Source of the DNA: Azolla caroliniana
Lineage: Eukaryota > Plantae > Polypodiophyta
Reading direction: 5' to 3'
Length of the DNA: 64,000 nucleotides
NCBI GenBank assembly: GCA_043228905.1
Contig: JBHGNT010000016.1
Coordinates: forward strand, 1-64,000
Numbering within the stretch: the stretch's first letter is position 1; every line of letters begins with the position of its first letter. The translations under genes were made by a program, and so were the position numbers. This document shows, piece by piece, positions 12,640 to 27,600 of this stretch. The notes under the pieces are model-generated. The model was not told the DNA's origin. It ran no database searches and worked only from the letters and a program-made list of their open reading frames with translations.

Positions 12640-15600
12640 GACTCACGCGCTCTTCTCAACTCCCTCCTCAAATTTGCTAATTTCGTCATGTCTCTCGACC
12701 TGAGTTTCAAAATCTTGATTTTTTAATTCTATATCATAGCTAGTGTTGTTAGCTTCGATACGCATGTTTGAACACAAAAATCCGATATCACACAAGCCAG
12801 GTATGAACATTTTAATTTGCTCACGCGCTCTTCTCAAGTCCCTCCTCAGATTTGCTAATTTCTTCACGTCTCTCGACCTGAGTTTCAAAATCATGATTTT
12901 TTAATTCGATATCATAGCTAGCGTTGTTAGCTTCGATACGCATGTTTGAACACAAAAATCCGATATCACACGAGCCAGGTATGAACATTTTAATTGACTC
13001 ACGCGCTCTTCTCAAGTCCCTCCTCAAATTTGCTAATTTCTTCATGTCTCTCAGCCTGAGTTTCAAAATCTTGATTTTTTAATTCCATATCATAGCTAGC
13101 GTTGTTAGCTTCGATACGCATGTTTGAACACAAAAATCCGATATCACACGAGCCAGGTATGAACATTTTAATTTAGTCACGGGCTCTTCTAAAGTCCCTC
13201 CTCAAATTTGCTAATTTCTTCATGTCTCTCGACCTGAGTTTCAGAATGTTGATTTTTTAATTCGATATCATAGCTAGCGTTGTTAGCTTCGATACGCAGG
13301 TTTGAACACAAAAATCCGATATCACACGAGCCAGGTATGAACATTTTAATTTGCTCACGCGCTCTTCTCAAGTCCCTTCTCAAATTTGCTAATTTCTTCA
13401 TGTCTCTCGGCCTGAGTTTCAAAATTTCGATTTTTTAATTCCATATCATAGGTAGCGTTATTAGCTTCGATACGCATGTTTGAACACGAAAATCCGATAT
13501 CACACGAGCCAGGTATGAACATTTTAATTGACTCACGCGCTCTTCTCAAGTCCCTCCTCAAATTAGCTAATTTCTTCATGTCTCTCGGTCTGAGTTTCAA
13601 AATTTTGATTTTTTAATTCCATATCATAGCTAGCATTGTTAGCTTCGATACGCATGTTTGAACACGAAAATCCGATATCACACGAGCCAGGTATGAACAT
13701 TTTAATTGACTCACGCGCTCTTCTCAAGTCCCTCCTCAAATTTGCTAATTTCTTCATGTCTGTCGGCCTGAGTTTCAAAATCTGGATTTTTTAATTCTAT
13801 ATCATAGCTAACGTTGTTAGCTTCGATACGCATGTTTGAACACAAAAATCCGATATCACAAGAGCCAGGTATGAACATTTTAATTGACTCACGCGTTCTT
13901 CTCAAGTCCCTCCTCAAATTAGCTAATTTCGTCATGTCTCTCGACCTGAGTTTCAGAATCTCGATTTTTTAATTCTATATCATAGCTAGCGTTGTTAGCT
14001 TCGATACGCATGTTTGAACACGAAAATCCGATATCAAACGAGCCAGGTATGAACATTTTGATTGACTCACGCGCTCTTCTCAAGTCCCTCCTCAAATTTG
14101 CTAATTTCTTCATGTCTCTCGACCTGAGTTTCAAAATCTCAATTTTTTAATTCCATATCATAGCTAGCGTTGTTAGCTTCGATACGCATGTTTGAACACA
14201 AAAATCCGATATCACACGAGCCAGGTATGAACATTTTAATTGACTCACGCGCTCTTCTCAAGTCCCTCCTCAAATTTGCTAATTTCGTCATGTCTCTCGA
14301 CCTAAGTTTCAAAATCTCGATTTTTTAATTCTATATCATAGCTAGCGTTGTTAGCTTCGATACGCATGTTTGAACACAAAAATCCGATATCACACGAGCC
14401 AGGTATGAACATTTTAATTAAGTCACGGGCTCTTCTAAAGTCCCTCCTCAAATTTACTAATTTCTTCATGTCTCTCGGCCTGAGTTTCAAAATCTCGATT
14501 TTTTAATTCTATATCATAACTAGTGTTGTTAGCTTCGATACGCATGTTTGAACACAAAATACCGATATCACACGAGCCAGGTATGAACATTTTAATTCAG
14601 TCACGGGCTCTTCTAAAGTCCCTCCTCAAATTTGCTAATTTCGTCATGTCTCTCGACCTGAGTTTCACAATCTCAATTTTTTAATTCCATATCATAGCTA
14701 GCGTTGTTAGCTTCGATACGCATGTTTGAACACAAAAATCCGATATCACACGAGCCAGGCATGAACATTTTAATTTGCTCACGCGCTCTTCTCAAGTCCC
14801 TCCTCAAATTAGCTAATTTCTTCATGTCTCTCGACCTGAGTTTAAGAATGTCGATTTTTTAATTCGATATCATAGCTAGCGTTGTTAGCTTCGATACGCA
14901 TGTTTGAACACAAAAATCCGATATCACACGAGCCAGGTATGAACATTTTAATTTGCTCACGCGCTCTTCTCAAGTCCCTCCTCAAATTTGCTAATTTCTT
15001 CATGTCTCTCGACCTGAGTTTCAGAATCTTGATTTTTTAATTCTACATCATAGCTAGCGTTGTTAGCTTCGATACGCATGTTTGAACATAAAAATCCGAT
15101 ATCACACGAATCAGGTATGAACATTTTAATTGACTCACGCGCTCTTCTCAAGTCCCTCCTCAAATTAGCTAATTTCTTCATGTCTCTCAGCCTGAGTTTC
15201 AGAATCTTGATTTTTTAATTCTATATCATAGCTAGCGTTGTTAGCTTCGATACGCATGTTTGAACACAAAAATCCGATATCACACGAGCCAGGTATGAAC
15301 ATTTTAATTGACTCACGCGCTCTTCTCAAGTCCCTCCTCAAATTTGCTAATTTCTTCATGTCTCTCAGCCTGAGTTTCAAAATCTTGATTTTTTAATTCC
15401 ATATCATAGCTAGCGTTGTTAGCTTCGATACGCATGTTTGAACACAAAAATCCGATATCACACGAGCCTGGTATGAACATTTTTATTAACTCACGCGCTC
15501 TTCTCAAGTCCCTTCTCAAGTCCCTTCTCATGTCTGTCGGCCTGAGTTTCAAAATTTTCATTTTTTAATTCCATATTATAGCTAGCGTTGTTAGCTTCGA

Positions 15601-18600
15601 TACGCATGTTTGAACACGAAAATCCGATATCACACGAGCCAGGTATTGAACATTTTAATTGACTCACGCGCTCTTCTCAAGTCCCTCCTCAAATTTGCTA
15701 ATTTCTTCATGTCTCTCGACCTGAGTTTCAAACTCTCGATTTTTTAATTCTATATCATAGCTAACGTTGTTAGCTTCGATACGCATGTTTGAACACAAAA
15801 ATCCGATATCACACGAGCCAGGTATGAACATTTTAATTTGCTCACGCGCTCTTCTCAAGTCCCTCCTCAAATTTGCTAATTTCTTCATGTCTCTCGACCT
15901 GAGTTTCAAAATCTTGATTTTTTAATTCCATATCATAGCTAGCGTTGTTAGCTTCGATACGCATGTTTGAACACAAAAATCCGATATCACACGAGCCAGG
16001 TATGAACATTTTAATTTGCTCACGCGCTCTTCTCAAGTCCCTCCTCAAATTTGCTAATTTCGTCATGTCTCTCGACCTGAGTTTCAAAATCTCAATTTTT
16101 TAATTCCATATCATAGCTAGCGTTGTTAGCTTCGATACGCATGTTTGAACACAAAAATCCGATATCACACGAGCCAGGTATGAACATTTTAATTTGCTCA
16201 CGCGCTCTTCTCAAGTCCCTCCTCAAATTTGCTAATTTCGTCATGTCTCTCGACCTGAGTTTCAAAATCTCAATTTTTTAATTCCATATCATAGCTAGCG
16301 TTGTTAGCTTCGATACGCATGTTTGAACACAAAAATCCGATATCACACGAGCCAGGTATGAACATTTTAATTGACTCACGCGCTCTTCTCAACTCCCTCC
16401 TCAAATTTGCTAATTTCGTCATGTCTCTCGACCTGAGTTTCAAAATCTTGATTTTTTAATTCTATATCATAGCTAGTGTTGTAAGCTTCGATACGCATGT
16501 TTGAACACAAAAATCCGATATCACACAAGCCAGGTATGAACATTTTAATTTGCTCACGTGCTCTTCTCAAGTCCCTCCTCAGATTTGCTAATTTCTTCAT
16601 GTCTCTCGACCTGAGTTTCAAAATCATGATTTTTTAATTCGATATCATAGCTAGCGTTGTTAGCTTCGATACGCATGTTTGAACACAAAAATCCGATATC
16701 ACACGAGCCAGGTATGAACATTTTAATTGACTCACGCGCTCTTCTCAAGTCCCTCCTCAAATTTGCTAATTTCTTCATGTCTCTCGACCTGAGTTTCAGA
16801 ATCTCGATTTTTTAATTCCATATCATAGCTAGCGTTGTTAGCTTCGATACGCATGTTTGAACACAAAAATCCGATATCACACGAGCCAGGTATGAACATT
16901 TTAATTGACTCACGCGCTCTTCTCAACTCCCTCCTCAAATTTGCTAATTTCGTCATGTCTCTCGACCTGAGTTTCAAAATCTTGATTTTTTAATTCTATA
17001 TCATAGCTAGTGTTGTTAGCTTCGATACGCATGTTTGAACACAAAAATCCGATATCACACAAGCCAGGTATGAACATTTTAATTTGCTCACGCGCTCTTC
17101 TCAAGTCCCTCCTCAGATTTGCTAATTTCTTCATGTCTCTCGACCTGAGTTTCAAAATCATGATTTTTTAATTCGATATCATAGCTAGCGTTGTTAGCTT
17201 CGATACGCATGTTTGAACACAAAAATCCGATATCACACGAGCCAGGTATGAACATTTTTATTGACTCACGCGCTCTTCTCAAGTCCCTTCTCAAGTCCCT
17301 TCTCATGTCTGTCGGCCTGAGTTTCAAAATTTTCATTTTTTAATTCCATATTATAGCTAGCGTTGTTAGCTTCGATACGCATGTTTGAACACGAAAATCC
17401 GATATCACACGAGCCAGGTATGAACATTTTAATTTGCTCACGCGCTCTTCTCAAGTCCCTCCTCAAATTTGCTAATTTCTTCATGTCTCTCGACCTGAGT
17501 TTCAGAATCTTGATTTTTTAATTCTATATCATAGCTAGCGTTGTTAGCTTCGATACGCATGTTTGAACGCAAAAATCCGATATCACACGAGCCAGGTATG
17601 AACATTTTAATTGACTCACGCGCTCTTCTCAAGTCCCTCCTCAAATTTGCTATTTTCTTCATGTCTCTCAGCCTGAGTTTCAAAATCTTGATTTTTTAAT
17701 TCCATATCATAGCTAGCGTTGTTAGCTTCGATACGCATGTTTGAACACAAAAATCCGATATCACACGAGCCAGGTATGAACATTTTAATTTAGTCACGGG
17801 CTCTTCTAAAGTCCCTCCTCAAATTTGCTAATTTCTTCATGTCTCTCGACCTGAGTTTCAGAATGTCGATTTTTTAATTCGATATCATAGCTAGCGTTGT
17901 TAGCTTCGATACGCAGGTTTGAACACAAAAATCCGATATCACACGAGCCAGGTATGAACATTTTAATTTGCTCACGCGCTCTTCTCAAGTACCTTCTCAA
18001 ATTTGCTAATTTCTTCATGTCTCTCGGCCTGAGTTTCAAAATTTCGATTTTTTAATTCCATATCATAGCTAGCGTTGTTAGCTTCGATACGCATGTTTGA
18101 ACACGAAAATCCGATATCACACGAGCCAGGTATGAACATTTTAATTGACTCACGCGCTCTTCTCAAGTCCCTCCTCAAATTTGCTAATTTCTTCATGTCT
18201 GTCGGCCTGAGTTTCAAAATCTTGATTTTTTAATTCTATATCATAGCTAGTGTTGTTAGCTTCGATACGCATGTTTGAACACGAAAATCCGATATCACAC
18301 GAGCCAGGTATGAACATTTTAATTTGCTCACGCGCTCTTCTCAAGTCCCTCCTCAAATTTGCTAATTTCTTCATGTCTCTCGACCTGAGTTTCAGAATCT
18401 CGATTTTTTAATTCCATATCATAGCTAGCGTTGTTAGCTTCGATACGCATGTTTGAACACAAAAATCCGATATCACACGAGCCAGGTATGAACATTTTAA
18501 TTGACTCACGCGTTCTTCTCAAGTCCCTCCTCAAATTAGCTAATTTCGTCATGTCTCTCGACCTGAGTTTCAGAATCTCGATTTTTTAATTCTATATCAT

Positions 18601-21600
18601 AGCTAGCGTTGTTAGCTTCGATACGCATGTTTGAACACGAAAATCCGATATCACACGAGCCAGGTATGAACATTTTGATTGACTCACGCGCTCTTCTCAA
18701 GTCCCTCCTCAAATTTGCTAATTTCTTCATGTCTCTCGACCTGAGTTTCAAAATCTCAATTTTTTAATTCCATATCATAGCTAGCGTTGTTAGCTTCGAT
18801 ACGCATGTTTGAACACAAAAATCCGATATCACACGAGCCAGGTATGAACATTTTAATTGACTCACGCGCTCTTCTCAAGTCCCTCCTCAAATTAGCTAAT
18901 TTCTTCATGTCTCTCGACCTGAGTTTCAAAATCTCGATTTTTTAATTCTATATCATAGCTAGCGTGGTTAGCTTCGATACGCATGTTTGAACACAAAAAT
19001 CCGATATCACACGAGCCAGGTATGAACATTTTAATTTAGTCACGGGCTCTTCTAAAGTCCCTCCTCAAATTTGCTAATTTCTTCATGTCTCTCGACCTGA
19101 GTTTCAAAATCTTGATTTTTTAATTCGATATCATAGCTAGCGTTGTTAGCTTCGATACGCATGTTTGAACACAAAAATCCGATATCACACGAGCCAGGTA
19201 TGAACATTTTAATTGACTCACGCGCTCTTCTCAAGTCCCTCCTCAAATTTGCTAATTTCGTCATGTCTCTCGACCTAAGTTTCAAAATCTCGATTTTTTA
19301 ATTCTATATCATAGCTAGCGTTGTTAGCTTCGATACGCATGTTTGAACACAAAAATCCGATATCACACGAGCCAGGTATGAACATTTTAATTAAGTCACG
19401 GGCTCTTCTAAAGTCCCTCCTCAAATTTACTAATTTCTTCATGTCTCTCGGCCTGAGTTTCAAAATCTCGATTTTTTAATTCTATATCATAACTAGTGTT
19501 GTTAGCTTCGATACGCATGTTTGAACACAAAATACCGATATCACACGAGCCAGGTATGAACATTTTAATTCAGTCACGGGCTCTTCTAAAGTCCCTCCTC
19601 AAATTTGCTAATTTCGTCATGTCTCTCGACCTGAGTTTCACAATCTCAATTTTTTAATTCCATATCATAGCTAGCGTTGTTAGCTTCGATACGCATGTTT
19701 GAACACAAAAATCCGATATCACACGAGCCAGGCATGAACATTTTAATTTGCTCACGCGCTCTTCTCAAGTCCCTCCTCAAATTAGCTAATTTCTTCATGT
19801 CTCTCGACCTGAGTTTAAGAATGTCGATTTTTTAATTCGATATCATAGCTAACGTTGTTAGCTTCGATACGCATGTTTGAACACAAAAATCCGATATCAC
19901 ACGAGCCAGGTATGAACATTTTAATTTGCTCACGCGCTCTTCTCAAGTCCCTCCTCAAATTTGCTAATTTCTTCATGTCTCTCGACCTGAGTTTCAGAAT
20001 CTTGATTTTTTAATTCTATATCATAGCTAGCGTTGTTAGCTTCGATACGCATGTTTGAACACAAAAATCCGATATCACACGAGCCAGGTATGAACATTTT
20101 AATTTGCTCACGCGCTCTTCTCAAGTCCCTCCTCAAATTTGCTAATTTCGTCATGTCTCTCGACCTGAGTTTCAAAATCTCAATTTTTTAATTCCATATC
20201 ATAGCTAGCGTTGTTAGCTTCGATACGCATGTTTGAACACAAAAATCCGATATCACACGAGCCAGGTATGAACATTTTAATTTGCTCACGCGCTCTTCTC
20301 AAGTCCCTCCTCAAATTTGCTAATTTCGTCATGTCTCTCGACCTGAGTTTCAAAATCTCAATTTTTTAATTCCATATCATAGCTAGCGTTGTTAGCTTCG
20401 ATACGCATGTTTGAACACAAAAATCCGATATCACACGAGCCAGGTATGAACATTTTAATTGACTCACGCGCTCTTCTCAACTCCCTCCTCAAATTTGCTA
20501 ATTTCGTCATGTCTCTCGACCTGAGTTTCAAAATCTTGATTTTTTAATTCTATATCATAGCTAGTGTTGTAAGCTTCGATACGCATGTTTGAACACAAAA
20601 ATCCGATATCACACGAGCCAGGTATGAACATTTTAATTTGCTCACGTGCTCTTCTCAAGTCCCTCCTCAGATTTGCTAATTTCTTCATGTCTCTCGACCT
20701 GAGTTTCAAAATCATGATTTTTTAATTCGATATCATAGCTAGCGTTGTTAGCTTCGATACGCATGTTTGAACACAAAAATCCGATATCACACGAGCCAGG
20801 TATGAACATTTTAATTGACTCACGCGCTCTTCTCAAGTCCCTCCTCAAATTTGCTAATTTCTTCATGTCTCTCAGCCTGAGTTTCAAAATCTTGATTTTT
20901 TAATTCCATATCATAGCTAGCGTTGTTAGCTTCGATACGCATGTTTGAACACAAAAATCCGATATCACACGAGCCAGGTATGAACATTTTAATTTAGTCA
21001 CGGGCTCTTCTAAAGTCCCTCCTCAAATTTGCTAATTTCTTCATGTCTCTCGACCTGAGTTTCAGAATGTTGATTTTTTAATTCGATATCATAGCTAGCG
21101 TTGTTAGCTTCGATACGCAGGTTTGAACACAAAAATCCGATATCACACGAGCCAGGTATGAACATTTTAATTTGCTCACGCGCTCTTCTCAAGTCCCTTC
21201 TCAAATTTGCTAATTTCTTCATGTCTCTCGGCCTGAGTTTCAAAATTTCGATTTTTTAATTCCATATCATAGGTAGCGTTATTAGCTTCGATACGCATGT
21301 TTGAACACGAAAATCCGATATCACACGAGCCAGGTATGAACATTTTAATTGACTCACGCGCTCTTCTCAAGTCCCTCCTCAAATTAGCTAATTTCTTCAT
21401 GTCTCTCGGTCTGAGTTTCAAAATTTTGATTTTTTAATTCCATATCATAGCTAGCATTGTTAGCTTCGATACGCATGTTTGAACACGAAAATCCGATATC
21501 ACACGAGCCAGGTATGAACATTTTAATTGACTCACGCGCTCTTCTCAAGTCCCTCCTCAAATTTGCTAATTTCTTCATGTCTGTCGGCCTGAGTTTCAAA

Positions 21601-24600
21601 ATCTGGATTTTTTAATTCTATATCATAGCTAACGTTGTTAGCTTCGATACGCATGTTTGAACACAAAAATCCGATATCACAAGAGCCAGGTATGAACATT
21701 TTAATTGACTCACGCGTTCTTCTCAAGTCCCTCCTCAAATTAGCTAATTTCGTCATGTCTCTCGACCTGAGTTTCAGAATCTCGATTTTTTAATTCTATA
21801 TCATAGCTAGCGTTGTTAGCTTCGATACGCATGTTTGAACACGAAAATCCGATATCACACGAGCCAGGTATGAACATTTTGATTGACTCACGCGCTCTTC
21901 TCAAGTCCCTCCTCAAATTTGCTAATTTCTTCATGTCTCTCGACCTGAGTTTCAAAATCTCAATTTTTTAATTCCATATCATAGCTAGCGTTGTTAGCTT
22001 CGATACGCATGTTTGAACACAAAAATCCGATATCACACGAGCCAGGTATGAACATTTTAATTGACTCACGCGCTCTTCTCAAGTCCCTCCTCAAATTTGC
22101 TAATTTCGTCATGTCTCTCGACCTAAGTTTCAAAATCTCGATTTTTTAATTCTATATCATAGCTAGCGTTGTTAGCTTCGATACGCATGTTTGAACACAA
22201 AAATCCGATATCACACGAGCCAGGTATGAACATTTTAATTAAGTCACGGGCTCTTCTAAAGTCCCTCCTCAAATTTACTAATTTCTTCATGTCTCTCGGC
22301 CTGAGTTTCAAAATCCTGATTTTTTAATTCTATATCATAACTAGTGTTGTTAGCTTCGATACGCATGTTTGAACACAAAATACCGATATCACACGAGCCA
22401 GGTATGAACATTTTAATTCAGTCACGGGCTCTTCTAAAGTCCCTCCTCAAATTTGCTAATTTCGTCATGTCTCTCGACCTGAGTTTCACAATCTCAATTT
22501 TTTAATTCCATATCATAGCTAGCGTTGTTAGCTTCGATACGCATGTTTGAACACAAAAATCCGATATCACACGAGCCAGGCATGAACATTTTAATTTGCT
22601 CACGCGCTCTTCTCAAGTCCCTCCTCAAATTAGCTAATTTCTTCATGTCTCTCGACCTGAGTTTAAGAATGTCGATTTTTTAATTCGATATCATAGCTAG
22701 CGTTGTTAGCTTCGATACGCATGTTTGAACACAAAAATCCGATATCACACGAGCCAGGTATGAACATTTTAATTTGCTCACGCGCTCTTCTCAAGTCCCT
22801 CCTCAAATTTGCTAATTTCTTCATGTCTCTCGACCTGAGTTTCAGAATCTTGATTTTTTAATTCTATATCATAGCTAGCGTTGTTAGCTTCGATACGCAT
22901 GTTTGAACATAAAAATCCGATATCACACGAATCAGGTATGAACATTTTAATTGACTCACGCGCTCTTCTCAAGTCCCTCCTCAAATTAGCTAATTTCTTC
23001 ATGTCTCTCAGCCTGAGTTTCAGAATCTTGATTTTTTAATTCTATATCATAGCTAGCGTTGTTAGCTTCGATACGCATGTTTGAACACAAAAATCCGATA
23101 TCACACGAGCCAGGTATGAACATTTTAATTGACTCACGCGCTCTTCTCAAGTCCCTCCTCAAATTTGCTAATTTCTTCATGTCTCTCAGCCTGAGTTTCA
23201 AAATCTTGATTTTTTAATTCCATATCATAGCTAGCGTTGTTAGCTTCGATACGCATGTTTGAACACAAAAATCCGATATCACACGAGCCTGGTATGAACA
23301 TTTTTATTAACTCACGCGCTCTTCTCAAGTCCCTTCTCAAGTCCCTTCTCATGTCTGTCGGCCTGAGTTTCAAAATTTTCATTTTTTAATTCCATATTAT
23401 AGCTAGCGTTGTTAGCTTCGATACGCATGTTTGAACACGAAAATCCGATATCACACGAGCCAGGTATTGAACATTTTAATTGACTCACGCGCTCTTCTCA
23501 AGTCCCTCCTCAAATTTGCTAATTTCTTCATGTCTCTCGACCTGAGTTTCAAACTCTCGATTTTTTAATTCTATATCATAGCTAACGTTGTTAGCTTCGA
23601 TACGCATGTTTGAACACAAAAATCCGATATCACACGAGCCAGGTATGAACATTTTAATTTGCTCACGCGCTCTTCTCAAGTCCCTCCTCAAATTTGCTAA
23701 TTTCTTCATGTCTCTCGACCTGAGTTTCAAAATCTTGATTTTTTAATTCCATATCATAGCTAGCGTTGTTAGCTTCGATACGCATGTTTGAACACAAAAA
23801 TCCGATATCACACGAGCCAGGTATGAACATTTTAATTTGCTCACGCGCTCTTCTCAAGTCCCTCCTCAAATTTGCTAATTTCGTCATGTCTCTCGACCTG
23901 AGTTTCAAAATCTCAATTTTTTAATTCCATATCATAGCTAGCGTTGTTAGCTTCGATACGCATGTTTGAACACAAAAATCCGATATCACACGAGCCAGGT
24001 ATGAACATTTTAATTTGCTCACGCGCTCTTCTCAAGTCCCTCCTCAAATTTGCTAATTTCGTCATGTCTCTCGACCTGAGTTTCAAAATCTCAATTTTTT
24101 AATTCCATATCATAGCTAGCGTTGTTAGCTTCGATACGCATGTTTGAACACAAAAATCCGATATCACACGAGCCAGGTATGAACATTTTAATTGACTCAC
24201 GCGCTCTTCTCAACTCCCTCCTCAAATTTGCTAATTTCGTCATGTCTCTCGACCTGAGTTTCAAAATCTTGATTTTTTAATTCTATATCATAGCTAGTGT
24301 TGTAAGCTTCGATACGCATGTTTGAACACAAAAATCCGATATCACACAAGCCAGGTATGAACATTTTAATTTGCTCACGTGCTCTTCTCAAGTCCCTCCT
24401 CAGATTTGCTAATTTCTTCATGTCTCTCGACCTGAGTTTCAAAATCATGATTTTTTAATTCGATATCATAGCTAGCGTTGTTAGCTTCGATACGCATGTT
24501 TGAACACAAAAATCCGATATCACACGAGCCAGGTATGAACATTTTAATTGACTCACGCGCTCTTCTCAAGTCCCTCCTCAAATTTGCTAATTTCTTCATG

Positions 24601-27600
24601 TCTCTCGACCTGAGTTTCAGAATCTCGATTTTTTAATTCCATATCATAGCTAGCGTTGTTAGCTTCGATACGCATGTTTGAACACAAAAATCCGATATCA
24701 CACGAGCCAGGTATGAACATTTTAATTGACTCACGCGCTCTTCTCAACTCCCTCCTCAAATTTGCTAATTTCGTCATGTCTCTCGACCTGAGTTTCAAAA
24801 TCTTGATTTTTTAATTCTATATCATAGCTAGTGTTGTTAGCTTCGATACGCATGTTTGAACACAAAAATCCGATATCACACAAGCCAGGTATGAACATTT
24901 TAATTTGCTCACGCGCTCTTCTCAAGTCCCTCCTCAGATTTGCTAATTTCTTCATGTCTCTCGACCTGAGTTTCAAAATCATGATTTTTTAATTCGATAT
25001 CATAGCTAGCGTTGTTAGCTTCGATACGCATGTTTGAACACAAAAATCCGATATCACACGAGCCAGGTATGAACATTTTTATTGACTCACGCGCTCTTCT
25101 CAAGTCCCTTCTCAAGTCCCTTCTCATGTCTGTCGGCCTGAGTTTCAAAATTTTCATTTTTTAATTCCATATTATAGCTAGCGTTGTTAGCTTCGATACG
25201 CATGTTTGAACACGAAAATCCGATATCACACGAGCCAGGTATGAACATTTTAATTTGCTCACGCGCTCTTCTCAAGTCCCTCCTCAAATTTGCTAATTTC
25301 TTCATGTCTCTCGACCTGAGTTTCAGAATCTTGATTTTTTAATTCTATATCATAGCTAGCGTTGTTAGCTTCGATACGCATGTTTGAACGCAAAAATCCG
25401 ATATCACACGAGCCAGGTATGAACATTTTAATTGACTCACGCGCTCTTCTCAAGTCCCTCCTCAAATTTGCTATTTTCTTCATGTCTCTCAGCCTGAGTT
25501 TCAAAATCTTGATTTTTTAATTCCATATCATAGCTAGCGTTGTTAGCTTCGATACGCATGTTTGAACACAAAAATCCGATATCACACGAGCCAGGTATGA
25601 ACATTTTAATTTAGTCACGGGCTCTTCTAAAGTCCCTCCTCAAATTTGCTAATTTCTTCATGTCTCTCGACCTGAGTTTCAGAATGTCGATTTTTTAATT
25701 CGATATCATAGCTAGCGTTGTTAGCTTCGATACGCAGGTTTGAACACAAAAATCCGATATCACACGAGCCAGGTATGAACATTTTAATTTGCTCACGCGC
25801 TCTTCTCAAGTACCTTCTCAAATTTGCTAATTTCTTCATGTCTCTCGGCCTGAGTTTCAAAATTTCGATTTTTTAATTCCATATCATAGCTAGCGTTGTT
25901 AGCTTCGATACGCATGTTTGAACACGAAAATCCGATATCACACGAGCCAGGTATGAACATTTTAATTGACTCACGCGCTCTTCTCAAGTCCCTCCTCAAA
26001 TTTGCTAATTTCTTCATGTCTCTCGGTCTGAGTTTCAAAATTTTGATTTTTTAATTCCATATCATAGCTAGCATTGTTAGCTTCGATACGCATGTTTGAA
26101 CACGAAAATCCGATATCACACGAGCCAGGTATGAACATTTTAATTGACTCACGCGCTCTTCTCAAGTCCCTCCTCAAATTTGCTAATTTCTTCATGTCTG
26201 TCGGCCTGAGTTTCAAAATCTTGATTTTTTAATTCTATATCATAGCTAACGTTGTTAGCTTCGATACGCATGTTTGAACACAAAAATCCGATATCACAAG
26301 AGCCAGGTATGAACATTTTAATTGACTCACGCGTTCTTCTCAAGTCCCTCCTCAAATTAGCTAATTTCGTCATGTCTCTCGACCTGAGTTTCAGAATCTC
26401 GATTTTTTAATTCTATATCATAGCTAGCGTTGTTAGCTTCGATACGCATGTTTGAACACGAAAATCCGATATCACACGAGCCAGGTATGAACATTTTGAT
26501 TGACTCACGCGCTCTTCTCAAGTCCCTCCTCAAATTTGCTAATTTCTTCATGTCTCTCGACCTGAGTTTCAAAATCTCAATTTTTTAATTCCATATCATA
26601 GCTAGCGTTGTTAGCTTCGATACGCATGTTTGAACACAAAAATCCGATATCACACGAGCCAGGTATGAACATTTTAATTGACTCACGCGCTCTTCTCAAG
26701 TCCCTCCTCAAATTAGCTAATTTCTTCATGTCTCTCGACCTGAGTTTCAAAATCTCGATTTTTTAATTCTATATCATAGCTAGCGTGGTTAGCTTCGATA
26801 CGCATGTTTGAACACAAAAATCCGATATCACACGAGCCAGGTATGAACATTTTAATTTAGTCACGGGCTCTTCTAAAGTCCCTCCTCAAATTTGCTAATT
26901 TCTTCATGTCTCTCGACCTGAGTTTCAAAATCTTGATTTTTTAATTCGATATCATAGCTAGCGTTGTTAGCTTCGATACGCATGTTTGAACACAAAAATC
27001 CGATATCACACGAGCCAGGTATGAACATTTTAATTGACTCACGCGCTCTTCTCAAGTCCCTCCTCAAATTTGCTAATTTCGTCATGTCTCTCGACCTAAG
27101 TTTCAAAATCTCGATTTTTTAATTCTATATCATAGCTAGCGTTGTTAGCTTCGATACGCATGTTTGAACACAAAAATCCGATATCACACGAGCCAGGTAT
27201 GAACATTTTAATTAAGTCACGGGCTCTTCTAAAGTCCCTCCTCAAATTTACTAATTTCTTCATGTCTCTCGGCCTGAGTTTCAAAATCTCGATTTTTTAA
27301 TTCTATATCATAACTAGTGTTGTTAGCTTCGATACGCATGTTTGAACACAAAATACCGATATCACACGAGCCAGGTATGAACATTTTAATTCAGTCACGG
27401 GCTCTTCTAAAGTCCCTCCTCAAATTTGCTAATTTCGTCATGTCTCTCGACCTGAGTTTCACAATCTCAATTTTTTAATTCCATATCATAGCTAGCGTTG
27501 TTAGCTTCGATACGCATGTTTGAACACAAAAATCCGATATCACACGAGCCAGGCATGAACATTTTAATTTGCTCACGCGCTCTTCTCAAGTCCCTCCTCA

